This document shows positions 29,804 to 39,858 of a DNA stretch of 64,000 bases, piece after piece (position 1 is the stretch's first letter; each line of letters starts with the position of its first letter). Origin of the DNA: Caulobacter sp. (GTDB taxonomy: Bacteria; Pseudomonadota; Alphaproteobacteria; Caulobacterales; Caulobacteraceae); NCBI RefSeq assembly GCF_049283275.1, contig NZ_JBAPVS010000142.1, forward strand, positions 31,752 through 95,751. The letters are read 5' to 3'. Position numbers and translations under genes: made by a program. The notes under the pieces are model-generated. The model searched no databases. It saw only the letters and a list, made by a program, of their open reading frames with translations, and was not told the origin of the DNA.

Positions 29804-31584
29804 AAGGCCTGCCCGATGCTGATATAGACTTGGAACGACGGATCGCCGTCGCGCTTGCTGATCGGCATGGCGATGTCGGCTCGGATCGGTCCGAAGCCCA
29901 GGTCGTAGCGCACGCCGACCCCGACGCCCACGCCGAAATCGTCGCGGCCAGGCCACTTGTCGACGCCCACGCCGCCGGCGTCGACAAAGGCCACCGCGCC
30001 CCATCTGTCGGTGAACCTGTGGCGCAGCTCGATTGAGGTTTCCAACAGCGAGAGACCGCCTTGCGGCGTGGTGGTGTCGCCAATCCGGGGACCAATCGCC
30101 TGATAGGAATAGCCGCGCACCGAACCGCCGCCGCCGGCGTATAGACGCTTGGAAGCCGGCACGTCGGGCATGTTTGCGCCGACGATCTGTCCGGCCTTGA
30201 AACGCCCGGCCAACACTGTTCGCGCGCCCGCGCCGAACGGCAGATAGGCCGTGGTCTGGGCCTGCATCTTCAGGAAGGCCATGGTCAGGTCGCCAGTGAT
30301 GGCGGTGGGTTCGGCCCGCACGTCGAGCCGCCAGCCCTTGGTCGGGTCCAGCACGTTGTCGGACCTGTCCCAGGCCTGGGCGCCCAACAGCGTAAGCGTA
30401 GCGAATTTCCGCTGCACTTCAGTGGTCACGTCGTCCACGGTGATGGGAGAATCGACCTGAGATAGGTCCAACGAGGCCCCATAGGTCCGATAGACCGTCG
30501 TTTGCAGGCGTCGGGTCAGATCCGCGCCGATGTGACCGCCGGTTTCGACATAGGCGTCGGTGTCATTGTGGTAGATGGCGGTGTTGAGCTTCAGGGTCTG
30601 CTGGCTGCGTCGCCAATGCGGCAACGCCAGCTCGGCTTCCAGGCGGCTGTCGACCCTGGCCAGCCGCGCCGTCAGGGTCGTGGTGTCGGCTCGATGAAAC
30701 CGATTGTAGTGGATCCATTTGGCGTCCGCGCCGGGTCCGTCAGTGGTCGAATAGTTCGCCGCCAACTCCACCGTCCTGGCCTTACGGTCGTTCAGGGTCA
30801 CGATCACCGGTCGTCGGCCGTCGGCCAGTGTCTTGTCCTTGGGTGCCAGCGAGACCGAGACGGTGTCGTAGACCCCGGTGTCCCGCAGTCGACGCTCCAG
30901 CTCCGCGATGTCGTCGGGTTGATAGACGTCTCCCGGCGCCCACGGCGCCAGATGTCTGACCCAGAGAGGATTCGATCGGCCCTGGGTCACGACCTGAATC
31001 CCATCGACGTGGGTCAGGTCGCCCGCCGCGATATGGAACACCGGACGCAGCGTGTGGTCTGCATGATCAACGAAGACCTCGCGCGGCTCGGCCGCGGCGT
31101 CCGCATAGCCCATCTGCTGCACTTGGGAGACGACGCGTCCTTCCGCCGCCAGGACGTCGACAGCCCTCCCGGGAGCGCCCGGCGTCAGATGAATGACGCT
31201 CTGGGCTCGCTTGACGACGCCCTCGTCCGGCGCAGCCCCGCTCCAGGCCAGCTTGGGGTCGGCGATCACGAAGATCGGACCAGGCGTGATCTTGAGAATC
31301 GCGCGCGGAGGTTCGGCTTCGGAAACCTCGGGCTCCACCACATAGGCGTAGTAGCCTTCCGACCGCAGCACGGCGACGGCGTCGTCGCCGGCGTCCCTGG
31401 CGCGGCGGCGGGCTTCCGAGCGGCTGCGCGGCGGCTGCTTGGCTTCAGTCATGGCGCGCTGAATCGCTTCGCGCAGCGCCTTGTCCTCGACGCCGGTGAT
31501 GCTGGCCGCGGGCTCGGCCGCAATGGCAGGGCCGGCGGCCAGCACGACCGCCGTGGTCATGCCAAGGGCAAATCTCTTACGCAC
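29800..31584 (-). CDS. tamA: TamA / Omp85-family outer membrane protein
   Basis: Signal peptide, POTRA-like N-terminus, YAGGGGSVRGYSYQ and GVRYDLGFGPIRADIA motifs, terminal ...SIGQAF. Start uncertain (31560-31596). Confidence 0.92.
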   Translation of the reverse strand: MRKRFALGMTTAVVLAAGPAIAAEPAASITGVEDKALREAIQRAMTEAKQPPRSRSEARRRARDAGDDAVAVLRSEGYYAYVVEPEVSEAEPPRAILKITPGPIFVIADPKLAWSGAAPDEGVVKRAQSVIHLTPGAPGRAVDVLAAEGRVVSQVQQMGYADAAAEPREVFVDHADHTLRPVFHIAAGDLTHVDGIQVVTQGRSNPLWVRHLAPWAPGDVYQPDDIAELERRLRDTGVYDTVSVSLAPKDKTLADGRRPVIVTLNDRKARTVELAANYSTTDGPGADAKWIHYNRFHRADTTTLTARLARVDSRLEAELALPHWRRSQQTLKLNTAIYHNDTDAYVETGGHIGADLTRRLQTTVYRTYGASLDLSQVDSPITVDDVTTEVQRKFATLTLLGAQAWDRSDNVLDPTKGWRLDVRAEPTAITGDLTMAFLKMQAQTTAYLPFGAGARTVLAGRFKAGQIVGANMPDVPASKRLYAGGGGSVRGYSYQAIGPRIGDTTTPQGGLSLLETSIELRHRFTDRWGAVAFVDAGGVGVDKWPGRDDFGVGVGVGVRYDLGFGPIRADIAMPISKRDGDPSFQVYISIGQAF

Positions 31585-31889
31585 CAAGCCGTCCAAATCC
31601 CCGCGCGGAGCGCCCCCGGAACCCCTGTAATCGCCCCCCCGCCCCCTGTCACGCGGTGAAATTTCCGGAACCGCTTCAACGCCCAGCCCTTATGACCACC
31701 AGAACGGCGCCCAAATATTGAGCACTCCCGCGCATCGGGTGTTTGCGAAGCGAAAAGCACCGCTTCCGGACTTCACGCGTTCTAGGCTGGATCGGGACGC
31801 GCCACCTCAATGCGGTGCGCAGGGCGGACAAAGTGGACACGGGCGTGGCGGCGAAAATTCAGGACATCGACAATAGCCCCACCTTGCCA

Positions 31890-33380
31890 ATGACGGGGGC
31901 CGCATACCTGCCCGGCGCGCCCTATGACGAGATGATCGCCCAGGGCGGCGACGTTCGCGCTCACTATGCGGCTCTGCAGAGCCGCATCTCCACGCTCGGG
32001 GCCAGCGAGCTGGCGGACCGGCAACGGATGCTCGAGCGCTCTTTCCTGCTGCAAGGCATCACCTTCACCGTCTACGGGGCCGACAGCGCCACCGAACGGA
32101 TCATCCCGACCGATCTGTTCCCCCGCATCCTGCCGGCTCAGGAATGGGCCAAGATCGAGGCCGGCCTGACTCAGCGCCTGCAAGCGCTGAACATGTTCCT
32201 GGCCGACATCTACGGCGAACAACAGATTCTGATGGACGGGGTGGTGCCGCGCGAACTGGTGCTAGGCGCCCCCTCGTACCGTCGCGAAATGCAGAACCTC
32301 TATGTGCCGCACAAGGCCTACGCCAATGTCTGCGGCAGCGACCTGATCCGCGGCGAAGACGGCGAATTCGCCGTGCTGGAGGACAATCTGCGGGTGCCGT
32401 CCGGCGTGTCCTACATGCTGGCCAACCGCGACGCCTCCAAGCGCACTTTCCCCAGCGCCTATCGCGACGCGGGCGTGCGGCCGGTCGAGCGCTATCCCGA
32501 CCTGCTGCTGGCCACGCTCAAGAGCATGAGCGCCGACTGGCGCCCGAACCCCCAGGTCGTGGTCCTGACGCCCGGCGTCTACAACTCAGCCTATTACGAG
32601 CACGCCTATCTGGCGCGGCTGATGGGCGTGCCGCTGGTCGAAGGCCGCGACCTCGTGGTCCATGACAACATGGTCTACATGCGCACCACGACCGGCCTGC
32701 GCCGGGTGGACGTGATCTATCGCCGGGTCGACGACGACTTCATCGACCCCCTCACCTTCCGGCGCGATTCCTCGCTGGGCGCGGCGGGGCTGTTCAACGC
32801 CTATCGAGCCGGCAACGTGGTGATGTGCAACGCCCCGGGCACCGGGGTGGCCGACGACAAGGCGGTCTACGCCTTCGTGCCCGACATCATCCGCTATTAT
32901 CTCGGCCAGGATCCGATCCTGCCCAATATCGAGACTTTCCTGTGCCGCGAGCCGGCCCAGCTGAGCCACGTGCTCGACAACCTGGACAAGCTGGTGGTCA
33001 AGGCGGTGGGCGCGTCGGGCGGCTACGGCATGCTGGTCGGACCGCACGCCTCGGCCAGGGAACGGTCCGAGTTCGCCGACGCCCTGAAGGCCGATCCGGC
33101 CAACTACATCGCCCAACCGACGATCCAGCTGTCGACCGCGCCCTGCCTTGTCGACGGCCGCATCGAGCCGCGCCACGTCGATCTGCGCCCCTTCATCCTG
33201 TCGGGCGAGAAGACCGTCGTCACGCCCGGCGCCCTGACCCGCGTGGCGCTGAAGCGCGGCTCGCTGGTGGTCAATTCCAGCCAGGGGGGCGGCTCCAAGG
33301 ACACCTGGGTGCTTGCCGAAGAGAACAGCCACAATGGCAACGGCAATGGTCACGGTAGTGAGAAAGGCGCCAGCTCATGA
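31890..33380 (+). CDS. circularly permuted type 2 ATP-grasp protein
   Basis: LLQGITFTVYG, IIPTDLFPRI, LEDNLRVPSGVSYML, IYRRVDDDFIDP, PGTGVADDK, HVDLRPF, VVNSSQGGGSKDTWV. Start could be GTG 31845. Confidence 0.93.
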   Translation: MTGAAYLPGAPYDEMIAQGGDVRAHYAALQSRISTLGASELADRQRMLERSFLLQGITFTVYGADSATERIIPTDLFPRILPAQEWAKIEAGLTQRLQALNMFLADIYGEQQILMDGVVPRELVLGAPSYRREMQNLYVPHKAYANVCGSDLIRGEDGEFAVLEDNLRVPSGVSYMLANRDASKRTFPSAYRDAGVRPVERYPDLLLATLKSMSADWRPNPQVVVLTPGVYNSAYYEHAYLARLMGVPLVEGRDLVVHDNMVYMRTTTGLRRVDVIYRRVDDDFIDPLTFRRDSSLGAAGLFNAYRAGNVVMCNAPGTGVADDKAVYAFVPDIIRYYLGQDPILPNIETFLCREPAQLSHVLDNLDKLVVKAVGASGGYGMLVGPHASARERSEFADALKADPANYIAQPTIQLSTAPCLVDGRIEPRHVDLRPFILSGEKTVVTPGALTRVALKRGSLVVNSSQGGGSKDTWVLAEENSHNGNGNGHGSEKGASS

Positions 33381-34312
33381 TGCTCGCTCGCGTTGCCGAC
33401 AGCCTCTACTGGCTGGGCCGTTACATTGAACGGGCCGAGCACCTGTCGCGCCTGTCGACGGTGATGCTGAACGCCACCCTCGACCAGACCGACGCTGGCG
33501 TGGAGGCCGTGCGGATCGCCCTGTCAGCGGTCGGCGAGACCGAATTGACGGCTGGCGCCTTCGAGGCGGCCAACGGACTGGTCCTGGACCGTTCGGACTC
33601 CAATTCGGTGGTCTCGTCCCTGTCGCGGGCCCGGGAGAACGCCCGCCAGGTCCGCGATCAGATCACGACCGAGACCTGGGAACGCCTGAACCTGCTATAT
33701 CTGAAGGTCATCGACCCCAACGCCGGACGCGAGTTCGCTGACAACTCGGTGACCTTCCTGCACGACATCATCGCGGACGTACACCTGTTCAAGGGCGCGG
33801 CCGACACCACCATGAGCCATGGCGAGAGCTGGCGATTCTTGATGGTGGGCATGTATCTGGAGCGGGCCCAGTTGATCGCCAGCCTGCTGGAGGCCTGCTT
33901 CGCCGAGGACAGCCCCACGGTCAACGACCACCTGGCCTTGGTCAGCGTTCTCCGGATGGGTTGCGCCCTGGAGCCCTATCTGCGGGTCTACACCGCCGAG
34001 ATCGAACCGCGGCACATCCTGGAGTTCATGGTCTTCGACGAGGACTTCCCGCGCTCGATCCGCTTCGCAACCAGCCAAATCGAAAGGCACCTCAGCGAGC
34101 TGGCCCGGCACGTCGAGGCCACCGGCCGCGCGGCGCCCGAGCGGCTGGCCGGCCGACTCAAGGCCCGGCTGGAATTCGCCGACGTCGGCGAGCTGGAGAG
34201 CCAGGGCGCCGGCGAGCTGCTGACCACCGTGGCCAACGAATGCGCCCGCATCCATCAGGCCATCTACGAAACCTTCGTCGCCTATCCCCTGGAGATGCGC
34301 CTTCCCGCCTAG
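33377..34312 (+). CDS. alpha-E domain (DUF403) protein
   Basis: MLARVADSLYWLGRYIERAE, ARENARQVRDQITTETWE, GMYLERA, FPRSIRF. ATGA overlap with the upstream gene. Confidence 0.93.
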   Translation: MMLARVADSLYWLGRYIERAEHLSRLSTVMLNATLDQTDAGVEAVRIALSAVGETELTAGAFEAANGLVLDRSDSNSVVSSLSRARENARQVRDQITTETWERLNLLYLKVIDPNAGREFADNSVTFLHDIIADVHLFKGAADTTMSHGESWRFLMVGMYLERAQLIASLLEACFAEDSPTVNDHLALVSVLRMGCALEPYLRVYTAEIEPRHILEFMVFDEDFPRSIRFATSQIERHLSELARHVEATGRAAPERLAGRLKARLEFADVGELESQGAGELLTTVANECARIHQAIYETFVAYPLEMRLPA

Positions 34313-34327
34313 GGACGACGCTTAGGA

Positions 34328-35323
34328 ATGCCGCCCGTGTTGCTCGAGATCCGCCACGTCACCCAATACCACTACGAGCGGCCCGTCCGCGAAAGCCTGA
34401 TGGAGTTGTGGATGCAGCCCCAGAAGGGCGCGCGTCAGCGGCTAGTCAGCTTCGAGCTGGACATCGAGCCCGCCGCCCAGGTGTTCTCCTACGCCGACAG
34501 CTTCGGCAACGCCGTCTACCATTTCGACGTGCCCCAACCGCATGACGGCCTGACGATCATCGCCCGCTCGGCCGTCGAGACCGAGCCGGTGCACGAATGG
34601 CCCCTGCCGCTGGACATGGGCGAATGGGAAAGACTGAAGAGCGCTTTCGTGCGCGGCGAATGCTTCGACTATTTGCAGCCTCACGGCTTCGTCCAGATGA
34701 CTCCCGCCCTTGAGACCTTCATCCTCGAGCACGACATCGACGCGCTGCGCCGCCGCGATCCATATTCGGCGGTTCAGGCCCTGTGCGACACGATCTACAG
34801 GGCCTTCGAGTACCAGCCCGGGGTCACCGACGCCGACAGCCCGATCGATCTGGCGCTGAGCGCCGGTCGTGGGGTCTGCCAGGACTTCGCCCATATCATG
34901 TTGGCCGTTTGCCGCGCCTGGGGCATCCCCGCCCGTTATGTCTCGGGCTATCTGTTCACAGACCGAGAGGCCGGCGACCGCTCCGACCCCGACGCCACCC
35001 ACGCCTGGGTCGAGGTGTTTCTGCCCAGCTATCGCTGGGTGGGCTTTGATCCGACCAATAATGTCATGACCGGCGAGCGCCACGTGGCCGTTGCCGTGGG
35101 CCGCGACTACAGCGACGTCACCCCTTCGCGCGGCGTCTACAAGGGTGATGCCGAAAGCCACCTGGCGGTCGGCGTCTCGGTGCGCCGAGCCCGGGCGGCG
35201 GTGGCCGAGCCCGAGTTCCTGCGCCTGCCCCGCCCCGCGGCCCCCTTTGGCTCGGCCAACCGCCGCAGAGCCAGCGCCGACGCCATCCGCGAACAACAGC
35301 AGCGCCAACAACAGCAACAGTAG
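34328..35323 (+). CDS. transglutaminase-like protein with C-terminal poly-Gln tail
   Basis: IRHVTQYHY N-domain; triad motifs GVCQDFAH, ATHAWVE, GFDPTN, GRDYSD; ends EQQQRQQQQQ. Confidence 0.93.
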   Translation: MPPVLLEIRHVTQYHYERPVRESLMELWMQPQKGARQRLVSFELDIEPAAQVFSYADSFGNAVYHFDVPQPHDGLTIIARSAVETEPVHEWPLPLDMGEWERLKSAFVRGECFDYLQPHGFVQMTPALETFILEHDIDALRRRDPYSAVQALCDTIYRAFEYQPGVTDADSPIDLALSAGRGVCQDFAHIMLAVCRAWGIPARYVSGYLFTDREAGDRSDPDATHAWVEVFLPSYRWVGFDPTNNVMTGERHVAVAVGRDYSDVTPSRGVYKGDAESHLAVGVSVRRARAAVAEPEFLRLPRPAAPFGSANRRRASADAIREQQQRQQQQQ

Positions 35324-35347
35324 ACCTCTCGCCGCGACGCATCCTAG

Positions 35348-35359
35348 GTTAGCGCTAAC
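35348..35359. promoter_or_regulatory. LacI-type palindrome GTTAGCGCTAAC (XylR-operator-like)
   Basis: Perfect 12-bp palindrome with a central CG, 25 nt upstream of the DUF418 start. Confidence 0.6.
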
Positions 35360-35384
35360 AAAGCGACGACCTGGGAGGGCGCGA

Positions 35385-36563
35385 ATGTCAGTAGAGCCGA
35401 ACGGGGCGTCACCGCGCCTTGCGATCGTGGACGCCTTGCGGGGCTACGCCCTGATGGGCCTGTTCCTGGTCCACATGCTGGAATATTTCGAGCTTTACTG
35501 GTCCAACCCGACTTCACATCCGGTGACCACGGCTGTCTTCACCCTGTTCATGGGCAAGACGTTCTCGCTGCTGGCCCTCTGTTTCGGCTTCAGCTTCTTC
35601 GTGATGATGGACAGCGCCGCGCGCCGGGGCGAGCCGTTCGCGGGTCGGTTCGCCTGGCGCCTGATCTTGCTGGCCTTGATCGGCGTGCTGCACGGCCTGG
35701 TCTATCGCGGCGACATCATCATCGTGCTGGCCCTGACCGGCTTCGTCCTGATCCCCTTCGACAAGGTCCGATCCAACCGCGTGCTGCTGGCCGTGGCGAC
35801 GCTCTGCTTTCTGCAGCCCTACATCCTGCTGTGGATCGCGGCCGGCGCCGCCGGCGCTCCCTGGGCGCTGGGCAAGCCGCACTTCACCAACGATCCCGCG
35901 ATGGCGGTCTATCTGACGGGCGACATCGGCCAGGTGTTCAGGGCCAACCTCTGGGAGGGCCAGGTCAACAAGTGGTGGTTCTTCATCGAGACCGGCCGCT
36001 GCGTGCAGGTGCTCGGCCTGTTCCTGGTCGGGCTGGTGCTGGGCCGGATCGGCTTCTTCGCGGATCCGGGACGCTTCCGCCGGGGCCGCGTGATGGCCCT
36101 GGTCTCCGTCGTCCTGTTCGCCGCCGTCTGCCATGTGATCAAGGCCAAGACCGCCGGGCCGAGCAGCGGTCCGGTGTTCTGGACCAACATGCTGGCCGGC
36201 GGCTGGTTCACCCTGTCGTGCATGGCCGCCTCGGTGTTGATCTTCGTCTGGCTGTGGCGAGCCGGCGGCGAGCGGGCGCTGGGCGCCCTGGTTCCAGTGG
36301 GGCGGATGACCCTGACCCTCTATGTCGCCCAGTCGCTGGTCTTCATCCCGCTGTTCTATCCGCTGGGCCTGGGACTGTATGAGCGGATGACCCCGCCCCT
36401 CGCCTTGGGGATCGGCCTTGTCGCCGTGGCGGTGCAGCTGCTGCTGGCCGCGGTCTGGTTTAAGGCCTTCCACTATGGTCCGCTGGAGTGGCTGTGGCGG
36501 TGCGGGACGCGACTGTCGTTCGACATTCCGTTCCGGCGCAAGCCCGAGCCCCGGGCGGCCTAG
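35385..36563 (+). CDS. DUF418 (YeiB-like) membrane protein
   Basis: RLAIVDALRGYALMG, LFSLL-type TFSLLALCFG, GRMTLTLY, GPLEWLWR; GGGAGG RBS. Confidence 0.88.
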   Translation: MSVEPNGASPRLAIVDALRGYALMGLFLVHMLEYFELYWSNPTSHPVTTAVFTLFMGKTFSLLALCFGFSFFVMMDSAARRGEPFAGRFAWRLILLALIGVLHGLVYRGDIIIVLALTGFVLIPFDKVRSNRVLLAVATLCFLQPYILLWIAAGAAGAPWALGKPHFTNDPAMAVYLTGDIGQVFRANLWEGQVNKWWFFIETGRCVQVLGLFLVGLVLGRIGFFADPGRFRRGRVMALVSVVLFAAVCHVIKAKTAGPSSGPVFWTNMLAGGWFTLSCMAASVLIFVWLWRAGGERALGALVPVGRMTLTLYVAQSLVFIPLFYPLGLGLYERMTPPLALGIGLVAVAVQLLLAAVWFKAFHYGPLEWLWRCGTRLSFDIPFRRKPEPRAA

Positions 36564-36566
36564 TCC

Positions 36567-37586
36567 CTAGAGCGGATAGACGTGGCTCCGACGGGCCGCG
36601 ATCCTGATCGTGCCGGTGAACTTGGCCGCCTCGGCGCGCGAGGCGCTGATCTCGAGGTGACGGCCGTCAGCGCTGGTGGCCGACACGGCGGTCAGAGCGC
36701 CCTGGACGTGGACCCGGGCGACAGTGACCTCGAAGCCGCCGTCGTCCAGCGCGAAGTCGTGCGGCCGCACGAACGCCACGGCTCCGCCGTCGGCGGCGCC
36801 GGGGGCCGCGAACGACACCGCGCCCGAGGTGAAGCGCCCTGCCGAAACCACACCCTCGAAGCGGTTGGCCTCGCCCACGAAGCCGCAGACGAACGGCGTG
36901 GCGGGATTGTCGTGCACCTCGTCCGGCGTGCCGATCTGTTCGATGCGGCCGGCGTTGAGAATGGCCACGCGGTCAGCCAGGCCCAGGGCCTCTTCCTGGT
37001 CGTGGGTGACGAAGATGGTGGTCACGCCCGTGGCGTCATGCACGCGACGCAGCTCCTTGCGCAGCGACTTGCGGACGGTGGCGTCCAAGGCGCCGAAGGG
37101 CTCATCCAGCAGCAGCACGCTGGGCTGCACCGCCAGGGCGCGCGACAGAGCCACCCGCTGACGCTGGCCGCCCGACAGCTGCGAGGGGTAACGTTTGCCC
37201 AGACCTTCCAGCTCGACCAGCTTCAAGAGCTCCTCGACGCGGCGGGCGATCTCGGCTTTCGGCGGCTTGTCCTTGCCTTTGCGCACGTCCAGGCCGAACG
37301 CGATGTTGCGGGCCACGGTCATGTGCTTGAACAGCGCGTACTGTTGGAACACGAAACCGACGCGGCGCGCGGCCGCCGAGGCGAAGGTCACGTCCTGGCC
37401 TTCGAACAGCACCTGGCCGGCGTCGGGGAACTCCAGGCCCGCAATGGTGCGCAGCAGGGTCGTCTTGCCCGAGCCCGACGGGCCCAGCAGAGCCACGAGC
37501 TCGCCGTCGGCGATCTCCAGATCGACGTGATTCAGAGCCGGATAGCGCCCGAACTTCTTTTCGACGGAACGGATGGAGATGGTCAT
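36567..37586 (-). CDS. cysA: sulfate/thiosulfate ABC transporter ATP-binding subunit
   Basis: [41 protein letters not shown]. Confidence 0.95.
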   Translation of the reverse strand: MTISIRSVEKKFGRYPALNHVDLEIADGELVALLGPSGSGKTTLLRTIAGLEFPDAGQVLFEGQDVTFASAAARRVGFVFQQYALFKHMTVARNIAFGLDVRKGKDKPPKAEIARRVEELLKLVELEGLGKRYPSQLSGGQRQRVALSRALAVQPSVLLLDEPFGALDATVRKSLRKELRRVHDATGVTTIFVTHDQEEALGLADRVAILNAGRIEQIGTPDEVHDNPATPFVCGFVGEANRFEGVVSAGRFTSGAVSFAAPGAADGGAVAFVRPHDFALDDGGFEVTVARVHVQGALTAVSATSADGRHLEISASRAEAAKFTGTIRIAARRSHVYPL

Positions 37587-37604
37587 GGGTCTATTCGTTC
37601 CGGT

Positions 37605-38465
37605 CTAGTGTCCGCCGCCGCGCTTGACGTCGGGTTGGGCGATCTCGAGCAGACTCTTGAGCACCAGGGTCACGATCGCCAACAGGCAAAGCAAAGCGGC
37701 GACGGCGAAGGCGGCGACGAAGTCGTACTCGTTGTACAGAATCTCGACGTGCAGCGGCATGGTGTTGGTCAAGCCGCGGATGTGGCCGCTGACCACCGAG
37801 ACGGCGCCGAATTCGCCCATGGCCCGGGCGTTGCACAGCAGCACCCCGTACAGCAGGCCCCAGCGCACGTTCGGCGCGGTCACCCGCCAGAAGGTGTAGA
37901 GGCCCGAGGCGCCCATCGAGACGGCCGCCTCTTCCTCCGACACGCCCTGTTCCTGCATCAGCGGGATCAGCTCGCGGGCGATGAACGGGAAGGTCACGAA
38001 GATCGTGGCCAGCACGATGCCCGGGATGGCGAAGATGATCTTGATGTCGTGGTCGATCAGCCGCTCGCCGAACCAGCCCTGCAGGCCGAAGACCAGCACG
38101 TAGATCAGGCCCGCCACCACCGGCGACACTGAAAACGGCAGGTCGATCAGGGTGATCAGCAGCGGCTTGCCGGGAAACTCGTGCTTGGCGATCGCCCAGG
38201 CGGCGCACAGGCCGAACAGGGCGTTAAACGGCACGGTGATCCCGGCGGTGATCAGGGTCAGCTTGATCGCCGCCCAGGCGTCCGGCGTCGAAATCGCCTC
38301 GATGGCGGGCCCCAGGCCCTTACGCAGGGCCTCGGCGAACACCGCCGCCAAGGGCAGGATCAGCACCAGGCCCAGGAAGGCCAGGACCAGGCCGACGATC
38401 ACGACCTTGGCCCAGACAGGATCATCGGTCGGATGACGGAATTGCGCCTTGGTCGGAGCGACCAT
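37605..38465 (-). CDS. cysW: sulfate ABC transporter permease CysW
   Basis: DLPFSVSPVVAG, EEAAVSMGAS, RAMGEFGAVSVVSG, TMPLHVE. Confidence 0.96.
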   Translation of the reverse strand: MVAPTKAQFRHPTDDPVWAKVVIVGLVLAFLGLVLILPLAAVFAEALRKGLGPAIEAISTPDAWAAIKLTLITAGITVPFNALFGLCAAWAIAKHEFPGKPLLITLIDLPFSVSPVVAGLIYVLVFGLQGWFGERLIDHDIKIIFAIPGIVLATIFVTFPFIARELIPLMQEQGVSEEEAAVSMGASGLYTFWRVTAPNVRWGLLYGVLLCNARAMGEFGAVSVVSGHIRGLTNTMPLHVEILYNEYDFVAAFAVAALLCLLAIVTLVLKSLLEIAQPDVKRGGGH

Positions 38466-39331
38466 CAGACGAATCTCCGCGTCCAGGCCTGGATGGCGTT
38501 GATGACCAGTAGCATCAGGAACGAGACGCCCAGCATGACCAGGGCGATAGCCGCGGCGTTGGCGTATTCGAACTGCTCCAGCTGGATGATGATCAGCAGC
38601 GGCGCGATCTCGGACTTGTAGGGCATGTTGCCGGCGATGAAGATCACCGAGCCGTACTCACCCACGCCCCGAGCGAAGGCTAGGGCGAAACCGGTCAGCC
38701 AGGCCGGGCCCAGGGCCGGCAGGATGATCCGTGCGATGGTGGCGAAACGGCCAGCGCCCAGGCTGGCCGCGGCTTCCTCGACATCCGCGGAGAGGTCGCG
38801 CATCACCGGCTCCAAGGTGCGAACCACGAACGGCAGGCCGATGAAGATCAAAGCGATGGTGACGCCGACCGGATTGTAGGCCGCCTTGATGCCCAGCGGG
38901 GTCAGGTACTGGCCGACCCAACCGTTGGGCGAATAGAGCGTAGCCAAGGCGATGCCCGCCACGGCTGTCGGCAGGGCGAACGGCAGATCAACCAGGGCGT
39001 TGACCACGGCCTTGCCGGGGAACTCGTAGCGGACCAGCGCCCAGGTGGTCAGCACCCCGAACAGCCCGTTGATCACCGCCGCCACGAAAGCCGCCCCGAA
39101 GGTCAGGCTGTAGGCCGCCATGGCGCGTTCGGAAAAAGCCGCGGCGACGAACTGGGCCGGCGACAGGGCCGAGGCCTTGATGGCCACCGCCGACAGCGGG
39201 ATCAGCACGATCAGCGACAGGATCGTCAGGGTCACGCCCAGTGTCAGGCCAAAGCCCGGAATCGCCGAGCGTCGACGGAACAGCGGCCGTCGTGGAGCGC
39301 GGGCGGGTGCGGAAATCGTCTCGGCGGTCAT
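38465..39331 (-). CDS. cysT: sulfate ABC transporter permease CysT
   Basis: IPGFGLTLG, DLPFALPTAVAG, EEAAASLGA, GEYGSVIFIAGN. Start could be 39352. Confidence 0.96.
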   Translation of the reverse strand: MTAETISAPARAPRRPLFRRRSAIPGFGLTLGVTLTILSLIVLIPLSAVAIKASALSPAQFVAAAFSERAMAAYSLTFGAAFVAAVINGLFGVLTTWALVRYEFPGKAVVNALVDLPFALPTAVAGIALATLYSPNGWVGQYLTPLGIKAAYNPVGVTIALIFIGLPFVVRTLEPVMRDLSADVEEAAASLGAGRFATIARIILPALGPAWLTGFALAFARGVGEYGSVIFIAGNMPYKSEIAPLLIIIQLEQFEYANAAAIALVMLGVSFLMLLVINAIQAWTRRFV

Positions 39332-39676
39332 CGGGTGATCGTCGTCCAGCATCCGCGTCGGGCTCCGCAACGGAGCCATGAAAACAAGAACGCGCCAAGC
39401 CGGGAAAACAGCGAGGTGCGGGTGAAGCTGAAGCGGCTTAAATCTCTACAAGACCGGTCGGGTCAATTGAGTTCGTCGAGCGGAGCAGCCAGAAAAACTG
39501 GGAGGGCCTGCGGGGGCGCCTCAAACAGATCTCGCGCTCGCTAGAATCATTCGCCAGCACCGAGCCAGGCGACGGACCGTCCGTGGCCATCCGATCCTTA
39601 CGCCGCCCCCAAGCTCACCCAAGATCGGAGCGGCCGCCGAGGCGGTGATTTTAGCTAATCTTTTCAAGGGAAGGGG

Positions 39677-39751
39677 TGGTGGGCCGGCTGGGATTCGAAC
39701 CCAGGACCATTCGATTAAAAGTCGAATGCTCTACCACTGAGCTACCGGCCC
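39677..39751 (-). tRNA. tRNA-Lys (anticodon UUU), CCA encoded
   Basis: Cloverleaf: acceptor GGGCCGG/CCGGCCC, D-arm GCTC/GAGC, anticodon stem TTCGA/TCGAA with loop CTTTTAA, T-loop TTCGAAT, 3' ACCA. Confidence 0.98.
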
Positions 39752-39858
39752 GCATCGACACGGCGGGAGGCCGGTGGAAGCGGCGCGGACCATAGTCGGG
39801 GGGCGCTCGCGCCGCAAGCGCGCTTTCACGAAGGCCTTCTTCGTTCCTTGCCGGCCGC

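Noticed and set aside
31780..31810. GG-N10-GC spacing suggesting a sigma54 promoter for the ATP-grasp operon
   Set aside because: Lacks the TGGCAC and TTGC consensus bases; chance match in GC-rich DNA.
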